Assembly: GCA_016867495.1 (NCBI GenBank)
Contig: VGJL01000001.1
Location: forward strand, 92,153-156,152
Direction: 5' to 3'
Length of the DNA: 64,000 nt
Origin: Candidatus Eiseniibacteriota bacterium
GTDB lineage: Bacteria; Eisenbacteria; RBG-16-71-46; CAIMUX01; VGJL01
Part shown: piece after piece, positions 28,992 to 38,835 of the stretch
How the letters are laid out: each line of letters opens with the position of its first letter
How positions within the stretch are numbered: position 1 is the first letter of the stretch
Translations under genes and position numbers: made by a program
Notes under the pieces: generated by a model
Databases searched by the model: none
Told to the model about the DNA's origin: nothing
What the model saw: only the letters and a program-made list of their open reading frames with translations

Positions 28992-30215
28992 ATGACGGGA
29001 GGTATTTCGATGTCCGGCTTGACGGTTTCGCAGCGCGGCCGTTCCGTTCCCCCTTCACCCATCCGCAAGCTCGTTCCGCTGGCCGATGAGTCCCGCAGGC
29101 GCGGGATCCACGTCCACGGACTCAACATCGGCCAGCCCGACATCCCTACGCCCGAGGCGATGTGGGAGGCCCTGCGCAAGGGGCTCCCGCGCACCCTCGC
29201 CTACTCCCCCTCCGCCGGGAACTCCGAGCTCCGCGAAGCCTTCTCGCACTACTACGCGACGCACGGCATCCGTCTGGCCCCCGCGGAGATCATCGTCACC
29301 GCGGGAGGCAGCGAGGCGATCCTCTTCGCCTTGGGAGCAGTGGCCGACGCGGGCGACGACGTGATCATCCCCGAGCCGCTCTATGCGAACTACATCGGAT
29401 TCAGCCGTTTCCTGGGAATCGATGTGCGCCCCCTGACCTGCGACCCTGAGAACGGCTACCATCTCCCTCCGACGTCGGCGTGGGAGGCTCTCCTGACGCC
29501 CAGGACGCGAGCGATCCTTCTCTGCAATCCCGGCAATCCGACAGGGACGGTCTATGAGGACGCCGAGATCGAGGAGACGGTCTCCTTCGCCCGCAAGCAC
29601 GACCTCTTCCTGATCGTGGACGAGGTCTACCGGGAGTTCTGCTACGACGGGCTCAAGCACCGCTCGCTCCTGACGCTCGAAGGGCTCGACGACCGCGTGA
29701 TCCTCGTCGATTCGATCTCCAAGCGCTTCAGCGCCTGCGGCGTCCGGATCGGATGCCTGGCGACGCGCAACACGGAAGTGTTCGGCACCGCGCTCAAGTT
29801 CTCGCAGGCCCGTCTCTCCCCGCCCGGCCTCGGTCAGATCGCCGCGGTCCCCGCCCTCTCTCTTCCCCCCGCCTACTACGAGGGTTTCGTGCGGGAGTTC
29901 GAGGCCCGGCGCAACATCGTCGTCGAGATGCTAAAGGGCGCCCCCGGAGTCGTCTGCCGTCCTCCCAAGGGCGCCTTCTACGTGATGGCCCGCCTCCCCG
30001 TCGATGACGCGGACACCTTCGTTCGCTGGATGCTGACCGATTTCCAGAAGAACGGAGAGACGACTATGGTCGCGCCGGGAGACGGATTCTATGCGACGCC
30101 GGGCAAGGGGAAGCAAGAGGTCCGCCTCGCCTATGTCTTCGAGGAGGATGTTCTCCGCAGAGCGGTCGGTGTCTTCCTGGAAGGGCTGCAATCCTATCCG
30201 GGGCGGAACCGCTAG
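28992..30215 (+). CDS. Class I/II pyridoxal-phosphate-dependent aminotransferase (aspartate aminotransferase-like)
   Basis: PLP-lysine region (SISKRFSACGVRIG), NPGNPTG, and typical length (407 aa). Confidence 0.8.
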   Translation: MTGGISMSGLTVSQRGRSVPPSPIRKLVPLADESRRRGIHVHGLNIGQPDIPTPEAMWEALRKGLPRTLAYSPSAGNSELREAFSHYYATHGIRLAPAEIIVTAGGSEAILFALGAVADAGDDVIIPEPLYANYIGFSRFLGIDVRPLTCDPENGYHLPPTSAWEALLTPRTRAILLCNPGNPTGTVYEDAEIEETVSFARKHDLFLIVDEVYREFCYDGLKHRSLLTLEGLDDRVILVDSISKRFSACGVRIGCLATRNTEVFGTALKFSQARLSPPGLGQIAAVPALSLPPAYYEGFVREFEARRNIVVEMLKGAPGVVCRPPKGAFYVMARLPVDDADTFVRWMLTDFQKNGETTMVAPGDGFYATPGKGKQEVRLAYVFEEDVLRRAVGVFLEGLQSYPGRNR

Positions 30216-30237
30216 CTCCAACCGGCGCGCGGCTGGG

Positions 30238-31161
30238 CTAGCGGAGGCGGGCTGCGCCGGCTGCCGGCGCTCCGCCCGACGGACTCCGATCGAGCAGCCT
30301 GAGGAAGGCTCTTCCTGCCCGGGATCCCGCTCCGCCCGGCGGCAGCAAGAGACCCGAGAGCCGATCGAGAGACCAGCCGCGAACGGTGACGATGGCGAGC
30401 CTGTCCCGGCGCAAGTCCTCGGCGAGGGCTATCTCCGGGAGAACCGCCACGCCGAGCCCGCCGCGCGCCATCGTCCGCATGACCTCGGGGCTCGAGACCT
30501 CCATCGCGACGCGGGGCCGCAATCCCCTGGAGACGAAGTAGCCTTCGATCAGGTCGCGGGTCACGGAGCCACGCTTGTGGGCGAGCAGGGGCGCCTCTGA
30601 GATCTCTCGGAGCGAGACGCTCCTCCTCCCCGCGAGGGGATGAGTCGGGGAGGCGACGAAGCAGAGCCGGTCGCGGAAGAGCGGCCGGACCGGCCCGGGA
30701 GGGTCGGGAATCGGCAGGGTCGCCAGAGCGAACTCGATCTCCCGCGCCCGGACCCCCTCCGCAAGGGCGAGACTCCCCTCGCTCACCAGCTCCAGACCGA
30801 CCCCGGGATGCCTCTTTCTGAAGACCCGCAGCAGGGGCGGCAAGCGGTGCTCCAGGATCACATCCGTGGAGCCGAAGCGGAGGGTTCCCTCAAGGGGGCC
30901 CCGCCGCAAGTCCCCCTCGATCGATCGCAGCTCGTCGAGGACCTTCCTGGCTCGCTCGAGGACCGTCCTACCCTCCGCCGTGAGCGCCACTCCGCGCGCG
31001 CGCCGCGCGAGAAGCTGCACGCCGAGCTGCCGCTCCAGGCGCGACACTCGGATCGAGACGGCGGGCTGGCTGACGCCGAGCGCCCGCGCGGCGGCGGTCA
31101 AGCTCCCCGATCGGGCCGCGGCGTCAAGGCAGCGCAAAGCGAAGAGATCGATTCCCTTCAT
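30238..31161 (-). CDS. LysR-family transcriptional regulator
   Basis: N-terminal wHTH (LTAAARALGVSQPAVSIRVSRLERQLGVQLLAR) plus a LysR substrate-binding domain. Divergent from the inositol-phosphate synthase gene. Confidence 0.85.
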   Translation of the reverse strand: MKGIDLFALRCLDAAARSGSLTAAARALGVSQPAVSIRVSRLERQLGVQLLARRARGVALTAEGRTVLERARKVLDELRSIEGDLRRGPLEGTLRFGSTDVILEHRLPPLLRVFRKRHPGVGLELVSEGSLALAEGVRAREIEFALATLPIPDPPGPVRPLFRDRLCFVASPTHPLAGRRSVSLREISEAPLLAHKRGSVTRDLIEGYFVSRGLRPRVAMEVSSPEVMRTMARGGLGVAVLPEIALAEDLRRDRLAIVTVRGWSLDRLSGLLLPPGGAGSRAGRAFLRLLDRSPSGGAPAAGAARLR

Positions 31162-31296
31162 CGCTATCCATACGATTCCTTTATGGCGACTCTAATGACT
31201 ATGCCATGGAACAATGCCTGACGGAAGCGCCAACATCCTCCAGACGAGTCCGGCGGGCCATCCCGGTCCGAGGCTCGCGGCGAAAGGAGTCGAACA

Positions 31297-32604
31297 ATGA
31301 GCGTCACCATCCAGCCTGCGGACGGAAGACTCGGGGTCCTCACCCCCGGCTTGGGGGCCGTCACCACCACATTCATCACCGGAGTGGAGTCCCTGCGCAA
31401 GGGGGCCGGGATCCCTTATGGGAGCCTCACCCAGATGGGGACGATCCGCCTCGGCAAGCGGACGGAGGGGCGCTCCCCCTCGATCAAGGACTTCGTTCCC
31501 TTGGCCCCCCTGGAGGGCATCGCCTTCGGCGCGTGGGACCCGATTCCGGATGACGCCTACCGTTCGGCCAAGGTGGCCGGCGTTCTCCGCGACGAGCACC
31601 TGGACCCCGTCCGATCGGAGCTCGAGGCGATCCGGCCGATGCCCGCGGTCTTCGACAACCGCTTTGTGAAGAAGCTCCAGGGGACGAACGTGAAGAAGGG
31701 CAAAAGCCTCATGGAGATGGCGGAGGCCCTCCGGGAGGATATCCGGAGGTTCAAGTCGGAGAATCGCTGCGACCGCTTGGTGATGATCTGGTGCGCTTCG
31801 ACCGAGATCTTCCTGAAGCCCTCGGCGGTCCACCAGACGTTGCAGGCCTTCGAGGATGGGCTCCGCCGGAACGATCCGGAGATCGCTCCCAGCATGGTGT
31901 ACGCCTACGCCGCCCTCAAGGAGAAGGTCCCCTTCGCCAACGGCGCCCCCAACCTGACGGCCGACATCCCGGCGCTTGGCGAGCTGGCCCGCGAGCAGCA
32001 TGTCCCGATCGCCGGCAAGGACTTCAAGACCGGCCAGACCCTGATGAAGACGATCCTCGCGCCAGGATTCAAGGCGAGGCTCATCGGGGTCTCCGGCTGG
32101 TTCTCCACGAATATCCTCGGCAACCGCGACGGCGAGGTCCTTGACGATCCCGAGTCGTTCAAGACGAAGGAGGAGAGCAAGCTCTCGGTGCTCGATTCGA
32201 TCCTCCAGCCTCATCTCTACCCCGAGCTCTACTCCTCCCTCTACCACAAGGTCAGGATCAACTACTACCCGCCCCGCGGAGACAACAAGGAAAGCTGGGA
32301 CAACATCGACATCTACGGATGGATGGGCTACCCGATGCAGATCAAGGTGAACTTCCTCTGCAGGGACTCGATCCTCGCCGCGCCCATCGTGCTCGACCTC
32401 GCCCTCTTCATGGACCTCGCGCAGCGGGCCGGCATGCGCGGGATCCAGGAGTGGCTCTCGTTCTACTTCAAGAGCCCGATGCATGCCGAGGGACTCTATC
32501 CCGAGCACGACCTCTTCATCCAGCTCATGAAGCTCAAGAACACGCTGCGCTGGATGAAGGGCGAGGAGCTGATCACGCACCTGGGGATCGAGTACTACGA
32601 CTAG
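31297..32604 (+). CDS. ino1: myo-Inositol-1-phosphate synthase (inositol-3-phosphate synthase)
   Basis: Rossmann N-terminus and the conserved NILGNRDG motif. 435 aa, typical of bacterial/archaeal MIPS. Confidence 0.8.
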   Translation: MSVTIQPADGRLGVLTPGLGAVTTTFITGVESLRKGAGIPYGSLTQMGTIRLGKRTEGRSPSIKDFVPLAPLEGIAFGAWDPIPDDAYRSAKVAGVLRDEHLDPVRSELEAIRPMPAVFDNRFVKKLQGTNVKKGKSLMEMAEALREDIRRFKSENRCDRLVMIWCASTEIFLKPSAVHQTLQAFEDGLRRNDPEIAPSMVYAYAALKEKVPFANGAPNLTADIPALGELAREQHVPIAGKDFKTGQTLMKTILAPGFKARLIGVSGWFSTNILGNRDGEVLDDPESFKTKEESKLSVLDSILQPHLYPELYSSLYHKVRINYYPPRGDNKESWDNIDIYGWMGYPMQIKVNFLCRDSILAAPIVLDLALFMDLAQRAGMRGIQEWLSFYFKSPMHAEGLYPEHDLFIQLMKLKNTLRWMKGEELITHLGIEYYD

Positions 32605-32646
32605 TCAGATACAGCCAGCCGCAGGCCCCTTCAGGCGACTGCTCTT

Positions 32647-32676
32647 GCGGAGTTTCCGCCTAGGCAGAAACTCCGC
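32647..32676. terminator. Perfect 10-bp inverted repeat hairpin between convergent genes (putative bidirectional terminator)
   Basis: GCGGAGTTTC-(10 nt loop)-GAAACTCCGC lies 43 nt after the ino1 stop and 43 nt after the FAH-family gene stop on the other strand. There is no U-tract, so this is likely a GC-rich hairpin terminator. Confidence 0.4.
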
Positions 32677-32718
32677 GGTCGCCTTGGCGTCGCCCTTCTG
32701 GGCCTCCGGCTGGCGTCC

Positions 32719-33558
32719 TCATCCGGCCGACACAGGATTCTCGAGAACTCCTATGCCGTCGATCTCGACTCGGACGACATCGCCGGGCTTCATGAAGACG
32801 GGCGGGTCGCGAAAGACCCCCACGCCGGCCGGCGTCCCGGTGGCGATGATGTCTCCGGGAAGAAGCGTCATCTGGTGGCTGATGTAGGAGACGAGGTCTC
32901 GCGGGGGAAAGATGAGCTGCGAGGTCGAGCTCTCTTGCATCTTGCGCCCGTTCCAGAAACAACGAATGCCCCGATCGCACGGATCGAAACCCTCCGCGGC
33001 GACAATCCACGGCCCGCAGGGGCCGAAGCTGTCGAAGCTCTTGCCGCGGAAGAACTGCTTGTCGCCGAACTGGGCCTCGCGTCCGGAGACATCGTTCATG
33101 ATCGTATAGCCGAGGATGACGGCGTCGGTTTCATCGGCCCGGACCCGCCACGCCCGCGCTCCGATGACGATCGCCAGCTCCGCCTCGGCGTCGACCCTTC
33201 CCTCCTGGGGCGGCACCCGGATCGGATCGCCGCTTCCGATGAGGCAACTGGGCGCCTTGGAGAAGAGGAGGGGGGAATCGGGAGGCTTCTTCCCCTGCTC
33301 CAGGGCATGGTCTCTGTAGTTCAGGCCGACCGCGATGATCTTCGATGGGTTCGGGATGACCGGACCCAGACGCTGGCCCGCAAGGGGGGACCAGGCCTCC
33401 GGGGGCGACTCGAGCGCAAGGGCGCGCTCCTCTCCGAGAAGACCATCCTCGAGGATCTCTCGCCAGCTCTCCCCCTGGCATGAGAGACAGAGCGCTGCGT
33501 CATCGGAGACCCAGGCCGGCCTCTCCATTCCGATCGGTCCGACGCTTGCCATTCGCAT
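32719..33558 (-). CDS. Fumarylacetoacetate hydrolase (FAH) family protein
   Basis: FAH-fold motifs (GLNYRDHALE, metal-binding E/D residues). 279 aa. Confidence 0.75.
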   Translation of the reverse strand: MRMASVGPIGMERPAWVSDDAALCLSCQGESWREILEDGLLGEERALALESPPEAWSPLAGQRLGPVIPNPSKIIAVGLNYRDHALEQGKKPPDSPLLFSKAPSCLIGSGDPIRVPPQEGRVDAEAELAIVIGARAWRVRADETDAVILGYTIMNDVSGREAQFGDKQFFRGKSFDSFGPCGPWIVAAEGFDPCDRGIRCFWNGRKMQESSTSQLIFPPRDLVSYISHQMTLLPGDIIATGTPAGVGVFRDPPVFMKPGDVVRVEIDGIGVLENPVSAG

Positions 33559-33580
33559 CCTGGACCCTCCTCTCGCCCCG

Positions 33581-34465
33581 CTAAGGCCGCGGGCGCGTCT
33601 TCCACCGGCGATGCATCCAGAACCATTGCTCGGGGTAGCGGCGGATGAACGCCTCGAGATTCCTTGTGAGGATCTCCGTGTGGCAGCGGATATCCTCCCC
33701 CTCGTCCTCCCCGCGCGGCACGAGAAGGGGCGGCAGGAACTCCGCCCTCAGGCGGCCGTCCGGGAGACGGACGGCGAATCCCTGCAGGATCGGCACGCCG
33801 AATCGCCTCGCCAGCCGCACCGGCCCCACCGCGGTCGAGGCGGGGCGCCCCATCAACTCGACGAAGACCCCGTCGCGCCCGGCGTCCTGATCGCCGACGA
33901 TGACGACCAGGTTCCCTTCCCTCATCGCAAGGATGAGATCCTTCAGTCCCTTCTCCGCCGGCAGGGTGCCCACGCCCAGGCGAGCGCGGATCGAGTCGAT
34001 ATACGCGCCCGCCAGCTTGTTGTGGTGCTCCCCGACGATCGCCTTGGTCCGGTGCCCCAGGGCCGCCGGGAGCGAACCCAGCCATTCCCAGTTCCCGAAG
34101 TGGGCGGTCAGAAGGATCGCTCCCCGGCCGGCCGATGCCACCGCTTCCAGATGCTCCCGATGCGCGACATCCCCCATCGCGAGCCTCGCCTCGCGGGGGA
34201 GCCGATTCATCCGGGCCAGATCGACCGAGGTCTGAGCGAAGCTCCTGTAGGCGCCCCTCGCGATCCGCCGCCGATCGGCATCCGTCCTCTCGGGAAAGGC
34301 AGCCTCGAGATTCCCGAGCGTCACGGACCGGCGAATGCGAACGACATCGAATGCGAGATCCCCGAGTCCGCGGGCCAGTGCGCGCCCGGAACGTGCCGAG
34401 AGCCTCGATACGACGCCCACGAAGGCGCGCAGAAGGGCATGCTCGATCCGGTCGCTAAGCCCCAC
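33581..34465 (-). CDS. Lysophospholipid/lipid A acyltransferase, LpxL/HtrB-like family
   Basis: LPLAT family motifs (LTAHFGNWEW). The start was set at a GTG that overlaps the dprA stop (TAGTG). The track ORF extends 40 codons further into dprA. Confidence 0.6.
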   Translation of the reverse strand: MGLSDRIEHALLRAFVGVVSRLSARSGRALARGLGDLAFDVVRIRRSVTLGNLEAAFPERTDADRRRIARGAYRSFAQTSVDLARMNRLPREARLAMGDVAHREHLEAVASAGRGAILLTAHFGNWEWLGSLPAALGHRTKAIVGEHHNKLAGAYIDSIRARLGVGTLPAEKGLKDLILAMREGNLVVIVGDQDAGRDGVFVELMGRPASTAVGPVRLARRFGVPILQGFAVRLPDGRLRAEFLPPLLVPRGEDEGEDIRCHTEILTRNLEAFIRRYPEQWFWMHRRWKTRPRP

Positions 34466-35589
34466 TAGGCGCCCCTTCCCGCCTTCGCGTAGGACATGCC
34501 GTGCAGCCGGCGCACTCGGCCCGAAAGCTCCAGCCTGCCGAGTGAAGGCAGGATCTCCTGCGCGGAGCAAGCCAGGCGGCCGCACAGGCTGTCGAGCGAG
34601 CGGGGACCCGAGGCGAGCGCCCCCAGGATGCGAGCATCGAGCCCTTCGGCCGCAGTCTCAGCGTCGCATCCACCATCGTCTGCAGACAGCCCGCCCGGGG
34701 CAGGCACGCCAAAGCGCTCGATGATATCGGCGGCGGACGTGACGAGAATCGCCCCGCTTCGCAGGAGCGCGTTCGGCAGGATCGATCCCTCCCCCACCGG
34801 ATCGCGGGGAACAGCCCCCACGTCCCGCCCTATGGCGAGGGCATGATCGACCGTCGAGCGCGCGCCGCTGCGCCCGCGACCCTCGACCACGACGATCATC
34901 CCTCCCAGCGCGGCCAGGATCCGATTGCGGCGGGGAAAGTGGAGGGGCCGCGGCTCGACCCCCAAGGGAAACTCGCTCACGAGCGCCCCCGAGAGAGCGA
35001 TCGCCTCGCCGAGCCTGGCGTGGCTGGGCGGCGTGGGGCGGTCGATGCCCCCGGCGAGGACCGCGATCGTGCGGCCGCCGGCCTCGAGCGCGCCGCGGTG
35101 AGCGGCGCCGTCGATTCCGAGGGCGAGCCCGCTCACGATGGTCATTCCCGCCATGGCCAGATCCCGCGCGAGCGACCGGGCGAGCGACAGACCCGCGTCG
35201 CTCGCGTATCTCGCTCCCACGATCGCCAGCGACGGCGCGGCGGGATCGTGCAGCCTTCCCCGCACGTAGAGGACGGCCGGCGGGTCCGCGAGCTCGGTCC
35301 AGAGCCGTCGGAGCCAGGGGTGGTCCTCGGGGGTGAGGATCTCGACCCCCCGCCGCGTCGCTTCCTCCTCGATCGCCGCGGCCTCCTCGATGCCGGGCCG
35401 CGCGGCGGTCATCTGCCGGAGATCGGAAGGACGAAGGGCGAGATCGCCCGGGATCCGGTCGGGGCGGACTGGCAGCTCGGGAGGCGATCCAGGGCAGGAT
35501 CGCGCCACGGAGGCGAGCGCGAGCGGCCTGAGATCGTGACGCAGCGACCAGGCGATCCACCGGAGCCGCCTGAGGCGCGGCTCAGTCAT
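34465..35589 (-). CDS. dprA: DNA-processing protein DprA (Smf)
   Basis: Rossmann-like DprA core (LAIVGARYAS...GLALGIDGAAHRGAL...VVVEG) and a C-terminal winged-helix-like region. Confidence 0.8.
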   Translation of the reverse strand: MTEPRLRRLRWIAWSLRHDLRPLALASVARSCPGSPPELPVRPDRIPGDLALRPSDLRQMTAARPGIEEAAAIEEEATRRGVEILTPEDHPWLRRLWTELADPPAVLYVRGRLHDPAAPSLAIVGARYASDAGLSLARSLARDLAMAGMTIVSGLALGIDGAAHRGALEAGGRTIAVLAGGIDRPTPPSHARLGEAIALSGALVSEFPLGVEPRPLHFPRRNRILAALGGMIVVVEGRGRSGARSTVDHALAIGRDVGAVPRDPVGEGSILPNALLRSGAILVTSAADIIERFGVPAPGGLSADDGGCDAETAAEGLDARILGALASGPRSLDSLCGRLACSAQEILPSLGRLELSGRVRRLHGMSYAKAGRGA

Positions 35590-36721
35590 CGGTCTCCTCC
35601 GCCGCCGGGTCCTCCGAACGAAGGACGAGCCATTGGCGCGGCCACGGGGAATCCCCAAGAGCCTCCCCCCGGTCGATCCGCTCCGCGAAGCTCCGCGTCC
35701 CGCTTGGATCCGACTGCGATTCCGGCGCGGCCTCCGGGACGCGCGGCTCCTCGCAGCGATCGAGAAACTCCCGCAGGGCGCGGAGGAGGTTCTGGATGCC
35801 GCGGCCGGAGTGGGCCGAGAAGGCCAGAGCCTCTTGCCCGGCCACGCGGGGCGGCGACCATGAATCTCCGCGCAAGTCGGCGCGACTGAATGCTACGAGC
35901 CATGGACGCCGGCATAGAGCGCCGCTCCAGCTCTCGATCTCCCTGCGAAGGATCTGAAGATCCTTCTCTGGGTCCTCCGAGATGCTGTCGAGCAGGAAGA
36001 GCAGGACGCGGGTGCGCTCGATGTGCTTCAGGAAGCGGGCTCCCAGTCCGCGTCCCTTGTGAGCCCCCTCCACGAGACCCGGGATGTCGGCCATCACGAA
36101 GGCGTAGAACTCTCCGCCGGGGACGATTCCCAGATTCGGCTCCAGGGTCGTGAAAGCGTAGTCGCCGATCTTGGGCCGGGCGTTCGAGACGCGCGAGAGC
36201 AACGTCGACTTCCCCACGTTGGGCAGACCGACGATCCCCACGTCGGCGAGCAGGCGCAGCTCAAGCAGGAGGTCCCTCGCCTCCCCTTCCCCCCCGGGGG
36301 TGGCGAATCGCGGCGAACGCCTTGTCGAGGACTTGAAGTGGACGTTCCCCTTGCCGCCCTTCCCGCCTCGGGCGACGAGGAAGGAGTCGCCGGCGACGAC
36401 CAGATCCGCGACGAGCGCTCCGGTCTCCGCGTCGCGGACCACCGTGCCGGCGGGAAGGCGGATCAGGTAATCGCCGCCGCGCCTTCCCGAGCACTGCTTG
36501 CCCGAGCCGTTCATCCCTCTGCCGGCCTCATGAAGAGGCCGGTGTCGCAGATGCAACAGGGTTCGCATGTCGGGATCGACGATCAGCACGACATCGCCGC
36601 CGTCCCCGCCGTCTCCGCCGTCAGGGCCTCCGCGCGGAACGAACTTCTCCCGGCGGAAGCTCACGCATCCGTCGCCCCCGCCGCCCGCGACGACGCGGAT
36701 CCTGGCCTCATCGACAAACAT
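35582..36721 (-). CDS. obg: GTPase Obg/CgtA
   Basis: Obg fold with glycine-rich N-terminus (GGGGDGCVSF...GGPDGGDGGDGGDV), a G domain (GLPNVGKST) and a basic C-terminal tail. The start is MFVDEARI. Confidence 0.9.
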   Translation of the reverse strand: MFVDEARIRVVAGGGGDGCVSFRREKFVPRGGPDGGDGGDGGDVVLIVDPDMRTLLHLRHRPLHEAGRGMNGSGKQCSGRRGGDYLIRLPAGTVVRDAETGALVADLVVAGDSFLVARGGKGGKGNVHFKSSTRRSPRFATPGGEGEARDLLLELRLLADVGIVGLPNVGKSTLLSRVSNARPKIGDYAFTTLEPNLGIVPGGEFYAFVMADIPGLVEGAHKGRGLGARFLKHIERTRVLLFLLDSISEDPEKDLQILRREIESWSGALCRRPWLVAFSRADLRGDSWSPPRVAGQEALAFSAHSGRGIQNLLRALREFLDRCEEPRVPEAAPESQSDPSGTRSFAERIDRGEALGDSPWPRQWLVLRSEDPAAEETDD

Positions 36722-36750
36722 CGATCGGGATTCCGCGGGGAGGACGTCGC

Positions 36751-37059
36751 CTACGGACTGGGTTTCGCGTTCTTTGCGGACGCGTCGGGCTTCTTGGCAT
36801 CGCCGGACTTCTCCGTTGCGGGCTTCGCCCCGGCATCCCCGCCGCCCCTCTCCGCCTTGGTCTTCGCGCGGTATTCGGGACTCCGGTAATCGGTGGCGTA
36901 GAAGCCGCTTCCCTTGAAGAGGAGGCCGGCTCCGGCGCCGATCCGCCGCCGGACCGCTCCCCTGCACCTGGGACATCTCTTGCGCACGGGATCGGTCATC
37001 TTCTGGAACAGCTCGAACTCGTGTCCGCACTTGTCGCAGACATACTCATATGTGGGCAT
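36751..37059 (-). CDS. FmdB-family zinc-ribbon protein
   Basis: Begins MPTYEYVCDKCGHEFE...CPRC, the classic FmdB putative regulatory zinc ribbon. Followed by a low-complexity basic tail. Confidence 0.7.
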   Translation of the reverse strand: MPTYEYVCDKCGHEFELFQKMTDPVRKRCPRCRGAVRRRIGAGAGLLFKGSGFYATDYRSPEYRAKTKAERGGGDAGAKPATEKSGDAKKPDASAKNAKPSP

Positions 37060-37084
37060 CGACTACCTCTCGAAAGGACCTTCC

Positions 37085-38296
37085 TCAGGAGCCGCGGACT
37101 GGACCGAGCTTCTCCAGCGCGCCGCGAAGCAGCCCGAGACCCGTCTCCAGCGTCTCCTCCGAGGCAGCGAAGGAGATCCTCAGGTACTCCGGCGCATGGA
37201 ACGCCCCGCCGGGCACGGTCGCGACGCCTGTCTCGTCAAGCAACCATGAGACCAACTCGGCATCGGAGTTGAGTCCCCCGCCTCCCTTTCGCGCGCCGAG
37301 GAAGGAGGAGACGCGCGGAAACAGGTAGAAGGCTCCCTCGGGCTCGAAGAGATCGAGGCCGGCCGTGCCGCGGAGGATCCGCATGACCAGATCGCGACGC
37401 CGCTCGAAGACGGCGCGCATCGCTTCCGCGTGCCGGCCGGCCGCCTGAAGCGCGTAGCGGCTCGCCTCTTGCGAGATCGAGCATGGGTTCCCGCACTGAT
37501 GGCTCTGGATCGCGGAGGCGGCCGTGATCCAGTCTGCCGGTCCCGCCGCGTAGCCGATCCTCCAGCCCGTCATGGAGAAGGCCTTCGAGACGCCGTTGAC
37601 GATGGCGATCCTCGCTCGCAGGGCGGGCTCGACCGTCGCCAGGCTGACGTGGCGGCGCCCATCGAAGAGAATCCGCTCGTAGATCTCGTCCGTGATGATC
37701 CAGAGCCCCGCCTCGAGGGCGGCGGAGGCGACCGCGCGCAGATCCTCCTCTGTATAGACTGCTCCCGTCGGATTGCACGGGCTGTTGAGCAGCAGCCCCA
37801 CCGTCCGGGGCCCGACGGCGGAGCGGAGCATCTCTCCTGTCAGGCGGAACCCGTCCTCGAGCCCAGTCGCTACGAAGCGCGGCTCGGCCCCGAGGAGATG
37901 TATCATCGAGGGGTAGCTCACCCATGTGGGCACCGGAACGATGACCTCATCGCCCGGGCTCAGCGCCGCGGCCAGGAGGTTGTGGATCGAGTGCTTCGCC
38001 CCGCTCGAGATCAGGATCTCCCGCGCCGGGTCGTAGGAGAGATGGTTCTCGTCCCGCAGCTTGGCGGCGACCGCCTCCCGCAGCTCGATCGTGCCCATCG
38101 GCGAGGTGTAGCGCGTCTTCCCCTCCCGGATGGCGGCGATCCCCGCCTCGCAGACCTCTCCCGGCGTGGGGAAGTCGGGCTGACCGACCCCGAAGTTGAA
38201 AACCCGGCGCCCTTGCCTCGTCAACTGGCGCACTTTCTCGTCCACAGCCCCCGTCTCCGAGAGCCCCACCCTCGATGCGAAAGTCCCGATCCTCAC
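37085..38296 (-). CDS. Class I/II PLP-dependent aminotransferase
   Basis: Aminotransferase class I motifs (NPCNPTGAVY, SKAFSMTGWRIGY). 403 aa. Confidence 0.8.
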   Translation of the reverse strand: MRIGTFASRVGLSETGAVDEKVRQLTRQGRRVFNFGVGQPDFPTPGEVCEAGIAAIREGKTRYTSPMGTIELREAVAAKLRDENHLSYDPAREILISSGAKHSIHNLLAAALSPGDEVIVPVPTWVSYPSMIHLLGAEPRFVATGLEDGFRLTGEMLRSAVGPRTVGLLLNSPCNPTGAVYTEEDLRAVASAALEAGLWIITDEIYERILFDGRRHVSLATVEPALRARIAIVNGVSKAFSMTGWRIGYAAGPADWITAASAIQSHQCGNPCSISQEASRYALQAAGRHAEAMRAVFERRRDLVMRILRGTAGLDLFEPEGAFYLFPRVSSFLGARKGGGGLNSDAELVSWLLDETGVATVPGGAFHAPEYLRISFAASEETLETGLGLLRGALEKLGPVRGS

Positions 38297-38835
38297 CGAC
38301 TCCTCCTCCCGCTACCGCGGGGCTTCGCTCCATCTCCTTGGCGCATACGGGCGCTGAGCATCCTGGCCACGGACGGCGCGACCAGCTTCGAGAGGTCCCC
38401 GCCGTGCCTGGCAATCTCCTTCACCAGCGTCGAGTTGATATAGGAAAACTCCTCCGTCGGCATGACGAAGAGCGTGTCGATCTCGGGCCAAAGCTTCTGG
38501 TTCATGGTCGCCATCTGGAACTCGTATTCGAAGTCGGAGAAGAAGCGCAGACCCCGGATGAGGCTTCGCACGCCCCGAGCGCGGGCGAATTCCACGAGGA
38601 GCCCTTCGAAAGGCTCGATCTCGATCCGCCGTCTCAACGACCTCGGAATAGAGCAGGTGACCATCTCGATCCGCTCCTCCAGCGTGAAGACCGGCTGCTT
38701 CCGCTGCCTGTCCGAAGCGGCCACGGCGATGAGGACACGATCGAAGATGTGCAGGGTCCGCATGAGAATATCGATGTGACCGAGAGTCACCGGATCGAAG
38801 GTCCCCGGAAAGATCGCTGTGCGCTGCTTCACTTG
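38293..38835 (-). CDS. coaD: Phosphopantetheine adenylyltransferase
   Basis: Nucleotidyltransferase motifs (IFPGTFDPVTLGHIDIL). About 160-aa core plus a short basic C-terminal tail. The start overlaps the rsmD stop. Confidence 0.85.
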   Translation of the reverse strand, partial: QVKQRTAIFPGTFDPVTLGHIDILMRTLHIFDRVLIAVAASDRQRKQPVFTLEERIEMVTCSIPRSLRRRIEIEPFEGLLVEFARARGVRSLIRGLRFFSDFEYEFQMATMNQKLWPEIDTLFVMPTEEFSYINSTLVKEIARHGGDLSKLVAPSVARMLSARMRQGDGAKPRGSGRRSR

